A stretch of 64,000 bases of DNA from Antedon mediterranea. Its lineage: Eukaryota; Animalia; Echinodermata. Under the pieces are notes generated by a model that worked only from the letters and a program-made list of their open reading frames with translations, made no database searches and had not been told where the DNA came from. Shown here one piece after another: positions 1 to 15,100 of the stretch. Each line of letters starts with the position of its first letter. The first letter of the stretch is position 1. A program made the position numbers and the translations under genes. The DNA lies in contig NC_092675.1 in NCBI RefSeq assembly GCF_964355755.1, positions 26,446,912-26,510,911 on the forward strand, given 5' to 3'.

Positions 1-115
1 TGACCGGGCTGGTAAGACTCGTCTACCTGCTCTACACATCGCAGCCAGAAAGGATGATTCTAAAGCAGCTGCACTGCTTCTTCAAAACAAACATGACCCA
101 GACGTGACATCAAAG
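1..115 (+). CDS. ANK2: Ankyrin exon, ANK repeat ~6 (5'-truncated by window)
   Basis: Frame from base 2: [38 protein letters not shown], donor AAG|gtatt. Confidence 0.93.
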
Positions 116-3100
116 GTATTATTTTACGATGATGCTAAAAAAAATAAAAAGGCAGCCTAAACAATTTTTCAGAGACAAACCTTTGGTCAGATGCGTTGTA
201 TTATAGTTGTCCCAACATTTTGATGGCGCTAGTAATTCTATTAAGCTCAGTCTACAGTATCAAACTACTGTAGTTTGACAAAAAAAGTTTGATGTGCCCA
301 ATATGGTAATGATATACCCAAATATGGTAGTGATATGACATCATCATGCCGATATATGGGCACATTAAATTTTGTTGTCACATTAGATAGTGTAGACAGA
401 GTTTTAAACTAATGCTCCAGAAGCTATAGCAAAGCCACAGACTTGGTCAACATTCTAATTCTTAATATGCATTCCTAAAACCAGATATGACTTTAGTCTG
501 GCGAGGATGTCCAATTTTATTGGGAGTGTGGTGTGATTTTATTTAAGATTTTCTAAACAACTTGCCCTAGTGAATTTGAGATTAATCCTATGCTATGATG
601 ATAGAAGAATTGGATTGGTAAAAAATGTAATCTATCCCCATCATCCTGGTAACAACTACTATAAAAGAAATGTTTGGTGACTCTCAGAACAGCATTTAAT
701 GTGTTTTAGATAATTACTGTACTCTGTTCCAGATATGAATTAACTTTTATAACACCTTTTATGTACTTGTTTTCAGAGTGGTTTCACGCCTCTACATATA
801 GCCTCGCATTATGGACATGTCAATGTGGCAATACTGCTCATCCAAAAGGGCGCCACCATAGATTATGCGGCAAAGGTAAGTGTGATTTGGGTCAAACTTG
901 TTTACGTCCCATCTTGTTATTTGCATTTGAACATTGAGTTATAATCTTTTGCATTAAAGTCTTGTTAGAAATGAAACGGTGTGGTTTGTGATGATAAGAC
1001 CAAAAAAACTAGTGATGAAGTTTTACGATTTGAAAAATCAAATTCTATATGCAATTACTCTCTCTATTATTTACTTACCATTTATGCAACAGCACAAAAT
1101 GTGACAAAATCGATTTATACACTATGGAAAAGATAGTATAATGTCATAATGTTTTATTTACAGAACAATATTACCCCCTTACACGTAGCATCAAAATGGG
1201 GGCGTGTCAACATGATAAATACCCTATTAGACCGTGGAGCGAAGATCGATGCCAAGACAAGGGTAAGACAAATATTATTAATTTGAAAAATTGGAATTAA
1301 TAATACTTTGTATATTTATTTATTTTTTATTCAAAAACATTCCAACAGGAACAATGTTCCCACTTACAGGTGATGTTATATAAAAATAAAATATATATGT
1401 ACTGTATATACTCAAAAGATTTAAAACACCCACCAGCCACAAGTTAACAGGAAACATAGCAATGTACACTGTGTTTAACATACTTAAAGAATCAGAAAAC
1501 AAATCAACTTCAGGGCAATTAACAACAAAATCATTATACGAATTATGGAAGACAAACAAGAAATAAAACTATTTTTACATAAATATAAGATTATTTCTAA
1601 TTTTTTTTAATTCAGTTCTATAATGTATTTGAAATGTAGGTTGATAATGATGTAAAAAAAAAATTAATAAAATTATGCATACAGTAATTAATTATAAAGG
1701 CGTAGCTCCCAACAAAACCGATTTTAATAAATAAATTAAGCCATTGGACTTTGTAGTAAATTGGACAGGAGACAAATTAATCCAACTGCCAGATAACTGC
1801 CATAAAGATTAATGTAGTCTATTATTGTCCAAGACAAGTTGTTAATGTATTGAATTTATTTGCAAAGTATAAGAGTAAAATACAAGACAACACTTTAACT
1901 GAAAACGGAATATTTAACTGTAATATTTTGAAATATCTTTTTAAAACAAACAAAATGAAAGAGTAAACAAGATGCATAAGTCTAAAAAAGTATTTAAATA
2001 TTTACTGAAACTCTTGACAGCTATATACTGTAAAATTCATTGGAACTGAACTGTAAAAAAATTGCTTAATAATTAAAGAAGAGAAATCATATTGTAATCT
2101 AATCATAGGAATGTTATTAACTTCAAACAGAGAAAAAACTTACTAATTAAGCAACATATTGGTTGTAAAAAAGGATAGACGTGCAAGTTATAATTTGTCT
2201 GGCATCAAAATAATAGATGAGTTAGATAGAGTGGGAAGTCATGATTTGACATTTCAATCTTTATTTGATCATCATGATTGATGATGATACCTCATCTTTT
2301 TTCGACTTGTTTTTTTAGAAAGTAGATAAAAAGTATGGTGGCTTCATTGATGTTATACCATTCCTTTTAATTTATTGTTATACATTAGAAACCCCTATTA
2401 AAGGGAAACCAAACAAAAGTCCTCTATATAGTTGGCCATAAATAGTCATACTACTGTAAAAAATATGAACATTTTTCTCTGAAGATTAACTTAGAAACAC
2501 GAATGTTTTATATGAATCTTACTATGTCATTGAATCATCTTCACCCTTGCATAGTACAGTCATTATGACTGCCTTAGTGTAATGATGTAATTGATGTTCA
2601 GCTGACTGTGCATGACTAGAATTCCTATGACTTCTTATATATTTACCATTTAACCATTCTGTAATTATGTCAACTTTATTGTTAATATATTTTTATGATG
2701 ATATTTTTATTTCTTGAATGTGACGCAATTTTTACATCTTTTCTAGGATGGATTAACTCCATTGCATTGTGCCGCCAGAAGTGGCCATGACCAGTCTGTA
2801 GATCAACTGATTGAGCGTGGAGCTCCGGTCACAGCAAAGACAAAGGTAATTAGACTTATTTTATAACTTCGACTTTCTGCTGACTTGAAAAAATGCAGAG
2901 GATTTTCTCTGAAATCAAAACAGACACAAACGTGCCACATTCAAACAATCTTCTTTCAAGAAATATAGAAACAGTTTCTTAATACACACTCACAATCACC
3001 GTTCTGCTTTCAAAAGAAGACTTCAATATAATTAAGTCGGCATTCACAGCATTCCAACAATAACAATCACGTTTCAAATACAGTTTCAATCAAATGTACT

Positions 3101-6100
3101 TTGCATTATAATCAGTTTTTTGTTCGAACAAATTCTAAATCTTTTAAGTGAACATTTGCCATTTATTATTTGTCCTTTTTCTTTATAGAATGGCTTGGCC
3201 CCACTTCACATGGCAGCCCAAGGTGATCATGTGGACAGTGCTAGACTTCTCCTGTTCCACAAATCTCCTGTTGATGATGTCACAGTAGTGAGTAAACTTT
3301 TCTCGGTTTGATATGTTAACTTTGAAGATATTAATTATCAAATAGTGCCAGATATACATTGTAGGGACTTTTCAATCCAAGTTTGTTATAACCATAACAA
3401 ATATTTCATTTACTGTAAGTATATTCTTCAATGTTTTGCTATCCATTGTTTTGGCAAAACACATTGACTTGCAAGAGTTGCAAGAGATTTTAAACAAATA
3501 GAAGCGCTTTTGTATACCAACAGAATGAAAATTGATTGCATTTGGTTTTTTTAAAAAGTTTTAGCTAGAAAAGCTGTCTTATTACCCTGACGCTCCATTA
3601 TAGATACTTATAGAGAATAAATATGTTTTTTTTTTATTTCAGGATTACCTGACTCCACTGCATGTGGCTGCACATTGTGGACACCACAAAGTCGCTAAGC
3701 TACTCCTGGATAGAAAGGCTAACCCAGATGCCAGAGCATTGGTAAATTTTCATAATTTAAATATAAATTTAACCTTATATAACAAATATATACATTTTTT
3801 ACTGTTCAATTTTGAAATAATAACAAAAAGAGAAACTTTCTAAACCATTAAAGTGATAATGAGAAAAAATTATTTTGATAATGCAAATGTATTTTTAGAA
3901 TGATATATTTTGAATAATTTTTCAAAATGATACCAATATCTGTTTGCTGATGGAAAAAAGTCAATTTTAATCAGCTCTTCTATAAATCCACACGAATGAA
4001 GAATATTCATTATAAAGATATGTCTTAATTTCCCATGGGTTCTTCCAGTCAACTCCTCTTAAGTTTGTGCTGTTGAGCTGTTTGAAATTAACTTCATACA
4101 TACAGTATGTGTCGTTAATTGACGATTAGGAATCTGAGCACTTTACTAAGAGAATAATTTACATTTTACATGCAGAATTCAGTCTACATTCAATTAAATC
4201 CTGGTCGACTATTATAATTAGGGAACACTCATTAATGGTTTAGTAGGCATTTGTTAATAACAAAGTCTTCTACACCACCACTGAATTTTAAACTCATAAC
4301 CAAAATTTAAAAAAAATAAAAATTTAAAAAATAGATAAAAAATTAAATAGCATAAATCATAATAAACATTTTTAATAGCAAAATGCTGACAAACAAAACT
4401 GCGAGAAAAACACAACTTTAAATAAATAAACAGAAATAGTTTAATTAAGTAATTAAAAAGTCCAAAATAAATAAAACAAATTAGAAAAGGGATATACTGT
4501 ATCTCAGTGATCTCAAACAACAGCAAGTCAATGACTATAGAACCGTCTTAAGAAGACAGTTATTTCATAATGAGCAAAAACACACCCATGTTTTACAAAA
4601 ATCAATGAACTCACTACTGACAGCATTTTTATATTTTCAATTGATGATATACTTAGCTACTGTACTACTGTATTTATAACAAGAGTTTTCATACATACTT
4701 TTTTAACAAATGCTTAGTGTTTAATAATTATGAATTCAAATTTAATAAGATTTAATTCTCAAGACTAAAATTTAATATATTAGTAAATCTGAAATATGTA
4801 AATGTGAAGCTACCATAAGGTAATAAACACAGCAATTTAGCTCATTTTTCAACAAGAATTTTATGTACAAACTAATGATCGTTTCCTAATGATGACATCT
4901 TCGTATAATGACTGTGTTTATTCCTCCGCACATCGGTAATAAGTTTTTTCTTGTTTAATCTTCGTAGAATGGATTCACCCCATTGCACATTGCTTGTAAG
5001 AAGAATCGTATCAAGGTTATTGAACTTCTACTCAAGTATGGCGCCTCCATTCAGTCAACAACAGACGTGAGTTCATTACAAACATGTTAGCCAATGAGAA
5101 TTTGTTGTTGATTAAGCAATGATAATGATTATGAGTTGAAGATGAAAATTGTGCTGAATGTGAAAGTGATGAAAACAAGTTTTCAATATTGGTAGTGATT
5201 GTTTTAGCTAGAAATGAAGAAGTTTAAAAAGGGGGTGGGGGTACGCTACTGCTATATCCCTCAAACCCTCACATCTAGCTTATTATTCTTCACATTTTGT
5301 GACTGTTGACCAATGTGATGTAGTTTGTGATCTTCATCTTATACAGAGCTTAACGGTATAAATTAGTTTGAAAGACATTATCTAAAATAACGTTAATGTT
5401 AATCTTTGAATACAAAAATGATCTGGAAAATAAGAAAAGTATGTTATCACTTCAGATACTAAAACTAAAATACTATAATAGCCCAGCGCTTTAACTATAT
5501 GCAATACATACTAACTTCATCATCCTGGTTACTATATTTATGTAGTAGTCTGATATCATACTTGATAAAAGGACAAAGCTGTATAATTTCTTTGTCTTGC
5601 TTTTCAGTCTGGTCTAACTCCACTTCATGTAGCAGCCTTCATGGGAAATGTCGGAAACACTCTGTTCTTACTGAAGCACGGAGCCATAATTGATGAACCA
5701 AATGTGGTAAGTAACAAATGATGCCTTCTTAGTAATCAATTATTGCTATTTAGTGATGTTGACATACAGATTTTGATACTAAACATCGCTTTACATCTTG
5801 TTTAAATTTTTTCGTTGTAAATCGATATTTAAAAAATTACATTTATCTTTTATTAGTAAATTATTCAGTCCAGTTTTTGGGAGAATTTATTGAATTAATT
5901 AATTATTACAACCAATAATAATTATTATTTTCTAGGCCCTTTCTATAATGTTATTTACCATTGTTGTTAATAGCTTCTTGATAAAAATTGTAATGTCTTG
6001 TTTTGGAAAAGTTACTTAAGATTCAATCTTTATTAACATTTTTAGCGTGGAGAAACACCACTTCATCTTGCCGCTCGTGCTAACCAGATCGAAATCATGC

Positions 6101-9100
6101 GAATTCTCCTGAACAGTAAAGCTGTGGTCGACGCCAGAGCACATGAGAACCAGACACCCTTACACATCGCAGCTCGTCTGGGCAACGTGGAGGTTGTTAC
6201 CCTCTTGCTAGAACAAGGGGCCAATCCAGATTCTCAAACAAAAGACTTGTACACAGCGCTGCATATTGCTGCACGGGAGGGCAAGAAGGACGTTGCTGCT
6301 GCTCTTTTAGAGCATGGCGCGTCCCTCTCAAAGAAAACTAAGGTCAGTTAATAATAATATTATAAATAAAATAATAAAGATTTTTTTGAGGGGGTTACAA
6401 TACCACCCGATATCATTGAAAATGATCTGAAACTGAACTCATTTTGATTGAAAAGGAAATGTGATTTGAAGACATTAATATATGAACCATAATAGTAGTG
6501 CATTTGTTATTAGCAAATGGTGTCCCTTATATTATAGGTTCTTGGAGAAACTCATAGCTTATTGATACAAGTTTATTTATTGCTATTAAAACAATCAATA
6601 GTATTGTATAGAAGGCAACACTTTATCATTGAAGATGAAATAATTTATGGATTTATTAAATTCTATAGTATATTTGTATTCTCATATTTTTCAGAATTGG
6701 TTTTGTAATACATACATTATATCTTGTACTCTTTATATGGATTATATCTGATGATTTTAATTAACTTATATCATTTATTGATTTAATTTTTGTTTATGTA
6801 ATTGATTTTGTCATTTTAATTTACAGAAAGAATTCACTCCATTGCATGTCGCTGCCAAATATGGTCGTTTGGGCGTCGCCTCTCTGCTGCTCAGACATTG
6901 TGCATCCCCTGATGCCAAAGCCCAGGTAAGTCACAACAAAAGCAACATTTAGTCACAGTGAAAGCAAGTTTCTGCATATGTTATGTGTGGCACTGGGACT
7001 ACTTGTATAGTAGGTTTGATAGTGCAGGTGATCACAAATTTACAGTAGACAGTAGATAATGAGAGATCTAACTCCAATATGAAGAAAAAGTCTGTGGATA
7101 TTATTCACATTCATTCAACTCACATAAATATTGAGAATTTAACTTAACTCAATAAATATTTAAGTATTTCTCTTAAATTGTATTCACTTATATAAGAGAT
7201 TTTTCTTAATTTTAAGTGTTTCCCTTAACCTAAGTGTGAATGTTGAATACGGCCACTGGATCCTACCTTACTTGGTTACAGTGCTAATTGTCCCCACCTG
7301 TAGCAGGTAGACCAGTAGTAGTTGAGAGAATCTGAATGCTGGGCTTGGTCTTGGCAATCCAGAGTTCCAGGCTAACCTAATTTCTAAGAATTCTAAGAAT
7401 CATGTTTTAACAGTTTGGTATCTAAACAAAATAACTAAGACTTTGATTTGTTTTCTTCTAGAATGACCTAACACCCCTCCATATTGCAGCCCACTATGAC
7501 CATGTAGACGTTGCCATGTTGCTGTTAGACCAGAAAGCTTCACCAATCTCAGTTGCTAAGGTACTATGGAATATTGGTTAAGATACCTGATTATCATTGG
7601 CGATATATTTTAATTACAAAATCTAAGTCTAACAATTAAATTATGTATTTTAATGACATTGTTTTCAATGAATTTTAATCAAATGAGCAAATCATTTTCT
7701 AGTAATTCTGACAACATATTTTTTAGGGTGTGATTAAATTCTCAAGCTAAATTTCTAGAGAGATAATCGGTAAATTACATTAAAGGAAGCATCGTTTAGG
7801 ATTCATTAATATTAATGAGGAAACTCATCTAATGCTAATTTAAATAACAATAGTCACTGCAAATAATTAACATCCATTCATTACATCTGCTGTTACTTCT
7901 TAGGAAGATCATTAACCTTAGAAATGTACTCTTTAAATGCATATATGGTGAATGTAAGTTTCGTTTTGTTTCTTTTCGCTTACAATTCTCAAATTTTGGA
8001 CCAAAAAAAAGTTCATAGCATTTGAAATATTGAACATTCAATAGTACCATAACTATCACTTTTCCATTCATTAGAACAAATTCTGAATGGCATGTGATAT
8101 TTATTGATGAATCAAGGATACACTAAAGTGTTATATGTGTTATAATGTGATTTACTCATTTGTTCTTTCTTTGTAGAATGGATTTACACCACTCCACATT
8201 GCAGCCAAAAAGAACCAGATTGAGATAGCAACAACGCTTCTGGAATACAATGCCGACCCTAATGCCGTCACCAAGCATGGAATCAGCCCAATCCATCTAG
8301 CAGCACAAGAAGGCCACACAGATATGTTAAGTCTGTTGCTAGAGAAAGGTGCTAGACCTGCTATTACAGCCAAGGTACAGTCTATTACATACATACTTAC
8401 ATATTTAAAATTTCTGGTTTTGGTGGAAACTTTACTATTGTATTGTGGGATCTTGATTTCATATCGTCTGTGTTGACAGCAGGCAGGAGTATGTGCGTAA
8501 AATGTTGTTATCCAAGGTTTTGTTTTTTTGTCATTTGTAAACAGTATCATTTAAATTCACATTGTGGTTATAGAAATGTGTACTTTCTTCTCCCTATAAA
8601 TTCAGTATTATTATCCCCCCTTTTCTCTTCTCAAATCCTTAAGTTTATGTCCATTTTATTCATTATTTGTCTTTTGTAATATATGTTGCCATTAACATTT
8701 TGATTTGATTTTTGAAATAGAATGGTCTAACCCCCCTCCATTTGGCCGCACAAGAAGACAAAGTCAACTGTGCCTCCATCCTAGTCAAAAATGGTTCAGA
8801 GATTGATCCCAAGACGAAAGCAGGTTACACACCACTCCATGTTGCTTGTCACTATGGCAACATAAAGACCGCAACATTCCTTCTCCGTAAAGGTGCAGAT
8901 ATAAAATCAAAGACAAAGGTATGTTTAGAATGTTAGTTTACGATATCTTTCAATATTGTATTGCACCAGTTCAACAATAGATGAAAATTATAATTATTAT
9001 GTTTTGTTTCTTCCCTCCAGCATGGCAACACTCCACTTCATCAAGCGGCACAGCAAGGTCATGTCGGGGTCATCAATCAGTTGTTGGAGAATGGAGCCGA

Positions 9101-12100
9101 TCCAAATGAAACAGCGAATGTAAGCATTGCTAATAATAAATTTTGATTCATATAAATCAAGATTACTAGATCAGAGATTTATTTCTTTGTGTTTCAAGGA
9201 TTCATTTTATAAAATGTTTTCATAGGTTTGGAAAATATGACATCTATTTGTTTTCCTAAATTAAAGTTTCCTCAACTATGGTAAACTGCTTAATTACAAG
9301 AAAATAATAATTTTTTTATCATTTACAGAATGGATACACACCATTAGGAGTTGCGAAACGATTAGGGTACATCTCTGTTATCAACACTCTAACCACTGTG
9401 ACGACCCGTACAGAGACAACGACCATCACCACCACGGTATGTTGAAAGTAATGTTACACTTCGGTGTAAATTCAAATCAATTTAATTAATCAAACATTTA
9501 ATGTTATATTTAATTTACCAAATCCTTTGTTTTAATTTGAGCAGACGACAGAGGAAAAGTTCAAAGTTCAATGTCCAGAAATAATGGTGGTAAACTTTAT
9601 GTCAGAAGATGAAGATGAAGGTGAGAACTTTTGTTTTCTTTTGTTATGTGAATATATAAAATATAATATATGAAATATGATAAACGCTGAAGATGTCTTT
9701 TTATGACATTTATGCTTTTTAGAAAACTCATCTTTCTGTGTCAACCATCAATATTTTTTTCGGATGGAATGTATTTTAGCTTTTCATATATTTGCTGTAG
9801 GTGTTTTATATATACATACTGTATATTATTACATTGTGTACATTTGTGATTACATACACTACAATGCTAGTCACTTGCTAAAATTATAGAACTGTTGCAT
9901 CATTGGTTTAAACAATGTTTCAACTCATACAAATGTGTGTTAAACAATTACATAGCTGATATCATTTACATATTATTAGTATTTTGTTAGGTCATTGCTG
10001 CTATTAGTTATTCTTGTTGCAATCTGTATATAGTTTGCTATTGATGTATGCCTCACTGTCACATATATTGTGATAATTTATTATTTATTTATTTTACTTT
10101 TTTTTATACCTTTATTTATTTTCAAATTATGTAAAAGAAAATATGATTGAATATCAGTTACCAAAATTGTTATTCCTTATTGGTTTTGTTTTGCTTAAGA
10201 AATAATTTTGTATGCATTTATTAAAATCACGATTATTATTTCATTTATACTTTTGTTTGAACATTTTATTTTTGTGAATTATTAGAACATTTTTATTTTT
10301 GTTATGTCATTCCCACGTTTACTTATAAACTCACTTTAGCTTTTATTTTTATTAAACTGATTTTAATCCCATTCCTTTCCTACATGTAAATGTGTTTGTA
10401 TCATCAACATTTTCAATAACTTTAGAGGAAGAAAGTGGTATGTCTTGTCCTATATTTTATTATATATAAAAACACATATTTATGTTTATTTACTATTGTG
10501 GTATTTTTAACACATTTTCTCCATGTTTGTATTGTGGCGCACATAAATTTTAAAAAAACAGCTCATGTTGCAATTTGCCTTGAGGTCATCAGATTTCACT
10601 TTAACTTTACTAAATAAATTATTAATGCATACAATTCAATGACAAAAAAAAACTCATTTTTAAACTGCTTGAAGGTATTATAATACCATTATAATTTCCA
10701 AAATTAACAATGTTTCAAAAATCTAAAATTGAGAATTGAATGTTGCCTAGCTCTAAAATTTATTTCTGTTTTTTTTTTCATTTTACATTTTTGATTTAGC
10801 TTTGCTTATTTTAATTTGTATCTTCATTGAGATCCAGTCCCACATTGTAATTTGCCTTTGGATTTATAAATTAAGAGAATAGTTATGAATTTTAGCTTAA
10901 ACTTTTACCATTACTATAATAAGAAGCTTTCAACTTTTCAATGACAAGTTTGGCAATTCTGTGTCAGTTGTTGCAGCCAATTTGGATGTAATTTAACTTT
11001 GTGGCTTATGGTCGAAGTGTAAATTAAATTTTACTGAGAGCTGGATGATGACTTAATTCACAAAAGTCCTACAGTAGGTCCTAATTTGTTCCACAAATTA
11101 AAATGTCTTTTTTTTAGTTATTTAAACTTGTTGTACATTGCAACTAACGATCAAAAACTGACTACCTCAAGGCAACCTACATATTAATGCTATTTATGTG
11201 TTTATAGTGATTTAAAATGTTTTTTAGTGGTGTTATTTGGTGTACATTGTTCATGTCAACAAAGCATGCTTAATGATGCTTTATTTTTATAGCACTAACA
11301 TGCCTGTTTATTTCCTGTTATTTTTGTTTACTCGCACAAATAATAATCTGATTTCTATTGTTTAAGTAATAGTCCAATATCAATTAGTTATTGAATTAAA
11401 AAATAAATAAAACCTGGTGTTTAAAATAGGAAATTATGAATCTAATTTTGAATAACAAATTTTGTATTGCCATTTTTTGTGTATAATATAACAGCAATTA
11501 AGTTTTGTTTTGGGATGGTAGACAAAGGAGGCAAATGAACAAACATTGTTTGTTAATTCCCTGTTTTTTTCGTCTTCCATCCGGAAACAAAAACTTATGC
11601 TATTAAGCTTTGATTACAGTAATACTGATCTGTGATACCATAGGTATCCATTATGTAAGACATAGGGATGGTATAGTGTTATATTCTTTACAATGGAAAA
11701 TAGCTCTAGATACATCATGTATGCCATTTATACTTCCTTGGCTAAGGTAGATAGTCTACAATACAGGTACTCTAACTATAGCATGCTTTTATTATTCTAA
11801 CAATAACATAATATTATTTCTAATTAATATTCTTTGTTCCCCTGTACTTAATGACATGTTTGCAAAAGAATTGAGCTGATACATATAATTGGAATAAACA
11901 TGCTTAATGTGAACCAAGCCCATAACAAAGGAACTAAATTATTTGTAATATTTTTGCCATATAATTATAAAATAATAATGCAATGTAGATTAGCGTGGTA
12001 TTTATTAACACATTGTTATTTCTAATACTAATGTCTTTAATATTAACCAAGTGTTGTTTTAACTAAATTCAATAGATTTGATACTAATGGTACAGATATA

Positions 12101-15100
12101 TGCATGATACATTTAACACTTTTGATTATTTAAATTATGTGATTATAGCACATTACACAGGGTCTTATCTATCCTCATGGTATTTAATTTATCATTGTGA
12201 TAATTGTAATTAATAATCTGTTGTTTTGTATATGAATTGATTATTTGATTAACATTCAATTGATTATAATAATAATAATCTGTTTAGATAGTACACATTA
12301 TTAGTTACAACACATTAATGTTGTTGTTTAAATCCAAGAAATAATTCTGACGGCAATAATACCAGAGTGCATACATATAATGTTATTTGAATAAAGTATA
12401 AATTATAGAGGAGTTCTAAAACTAACTACAATCTATACATTATCCACTAAAATAAATTGATAACTCATACACTTCAAATAAGATATAGCCATAACACCTG
12501 AACGAAATAACACCATAATAAATTAAATATGATAGTAAAAAAAAACAGCACATCATAGAGAGAAGAAACAATTGTTCATTCTAATACACATTGTTTAATT
12601 ATAATGCTGTTTTTCTAGGTGATGACATATCAATGACAGGAGACCATGGAACCCTTACAGCTGATGAGATCCGAACCTTAGGGGATGACTCTATCGTACG
12701 AGATAACCGTTACCTAGAACAGGATTGGCTGGGAATGGATCCAGTAAGTTCAAATTCATATGAATTATTGAAATGATATTAAAACAAATCTTAGATCCCA
12801 GATTATCCTAGATTAATTGAAATTGAAGCCAGGTATATCATACAAATTAAAGGAACAGCCTAACAAGTTAGCTTGTTTAAGGAACGGCCTCTTATTAATG
12901 ACAGACTTTCCAATTATATGCCACTTTCTGAGGTATAAATTAAGGGAAAGGTTAGGTAACCTTTAATTAAAATGTAAAGGATGAGGATGACCTGTATATT
13001 AAAGTCAGTAATTCAAATAGCTACAAAATTTGTACAAAATATGTTTTTTTCTTTGTTCAGGATATGAAGTACTATTCTGGGGCTGGATCTCTCTCAGGTC
13101 ACTACCGTAAATCCTACACACCATCCCGAGCCAGTACCCTGGGCCGTAATGAAGACAGCCTGATTGGTCAAGACATTATGGAAGGAGAAGTAGTCACATC
13201 CACTTCACAACACGTAGCTCATTCTGCCGCGCCTATGTCTTTCTCAACACCAAATAATCGCAATGTGATTCTTAGCCCAGATGATGCTTGTCCTTCATTC
13301 AATGGAAGCGATGGCCGTTCTACACCTCATGTATCTAATCACAGCTCTATGCAGTCTGGGTAATTATTCATTCAGCAATCTGTAAACATATGTAGGATGT
13401 ATGAAAATTGAATTATAATTTAAGATCTTATGTTAGTACTGTATGCGGTCATCATCTTCTATATATAAATTTACGTAAGGGCAAAATTCTGTAAATCGCG
13501 CGTTATTTCTAGAATGTGTACTCGATGGTATGTAAAGTTGGTCATAATCTCGGTACTGATTTTAACCACCTGATGTAACCCTGTTTACTAATTAAATTTA
13601 GTTAGATAATTAGTTATTGACAATTAAAACGAATTTAGGTTCAACCATTTGCCCCAAATAGGGGTGTTTTCCGATCGTGGTATACACTGTCTAATGGATG
13701 TCCTCATGAAAAATACCTGTACACAATAATACGAGGATACTTCGCATTTTCCTATCTCCTCCTACGATAATTGTTTTTAATAGCTGAAAACCGGTTGAAC
13801 AGCTCGAGTAGAGTATCATAATGTTGAAGACAGGCCGATTTTCTTTAAAAAATACTATTTTGATAGATTTAATATACGTTTATACAAATGTATTGATTTG
13901 CGATGAATGGAACATTCCAAATTATTTGGTTTAACCATGCTTGCATACCTCCATGATTTAACACAAGTAGGTCAATTTATGGGCCCTTTGAGAATAAACA
14001 TAAATAGTATTGTAAACCTATACAATACTGTAAATAGGTATTAACCACTTTTGATAGCCATTTGAATCGCAAATTTCTTATTGTGTGCGTTGGTAGGCCT
14101 ACTGTTTATTATAATATAAACAAATATACTAATAAACTTTATTACTGTGAGTGTGGGTAGCCCCTACTTTTAGATTATAAACACATAATAATATAATACT
14201 TTATTACTGACAGTTGCTTCTCAACGTTTGTATTGATTAATAATTACAAAAAATATAAACGTCGTGGTGGTGTATCGTTACATGTACTTTACTATTTCAA
14301 TCGACTATGACAGTGACAATTTTAACAGTTATTAAATCGGAAATGTTTTACTCTATTTAGTGTTATGTTATTTATAGGCCTATTAAAAAAAAAACCCAAC
14401 CCTCAATAATGTTAGATACAAAATACAAATTGGGTTTGTTTAAATGAGTCCAAATGAAACATTTGGACTCATTTTGTGAGAAGTTTCTCTTTTGGAAGTA
14501 ATTCGCACGGTGCTAATTTTGGTTGACTACATAAATACATAAATAAATGTTTTATAGTCATGCGGTACGTAGGCCTACATTTTGAAATCGCCAGTTTTTT
14601 TACGCTGAAATTACTATGTATTCGAGAACCATATGTGGGCACGACCTAGATGGTACGCGAGCGAAGCGAGCGTGCCATCTAGTCATATAAAATGATAATT
14701 AAAACTAATACCACTTTTGTTAAATGTAAGTAGTATTTTGTCAATGTATACATGTATTTTACATTAATTTTTATATGAAATAATTGCACTACAAGCCATT
14801 TTTATAGCAGTTTTATCCAATGTTTTATGTTTTAAATGAATAAACTAATCATATTATTAAGTGAACATCCAGTATTCACAATAAGTTCAAGTAATTAGTT
14901 TTATTTGCCAAAATACTGAATTAAATTTGTTTGTTTACAGTTTCTTAATCAGCTTTATGGTGGATGCCCGTGGTGGTACCTTGAGCAGCTGCCGCATGCC
15001 CGGTATGAGAGTAGTCGTACCACCAAATAAGGCAACTGGACCTACAAGAGTCACTTGTCGTCTGGTTAAACACAGCAAGCTGATAACGCCACCGCCAGTG

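Noticed and set aside
8152-8550. 132-aa minus-strand ORF
   Set aside because: Antisense shadow of an ankyrin-repeat exon plus intron; no independent coding signal.
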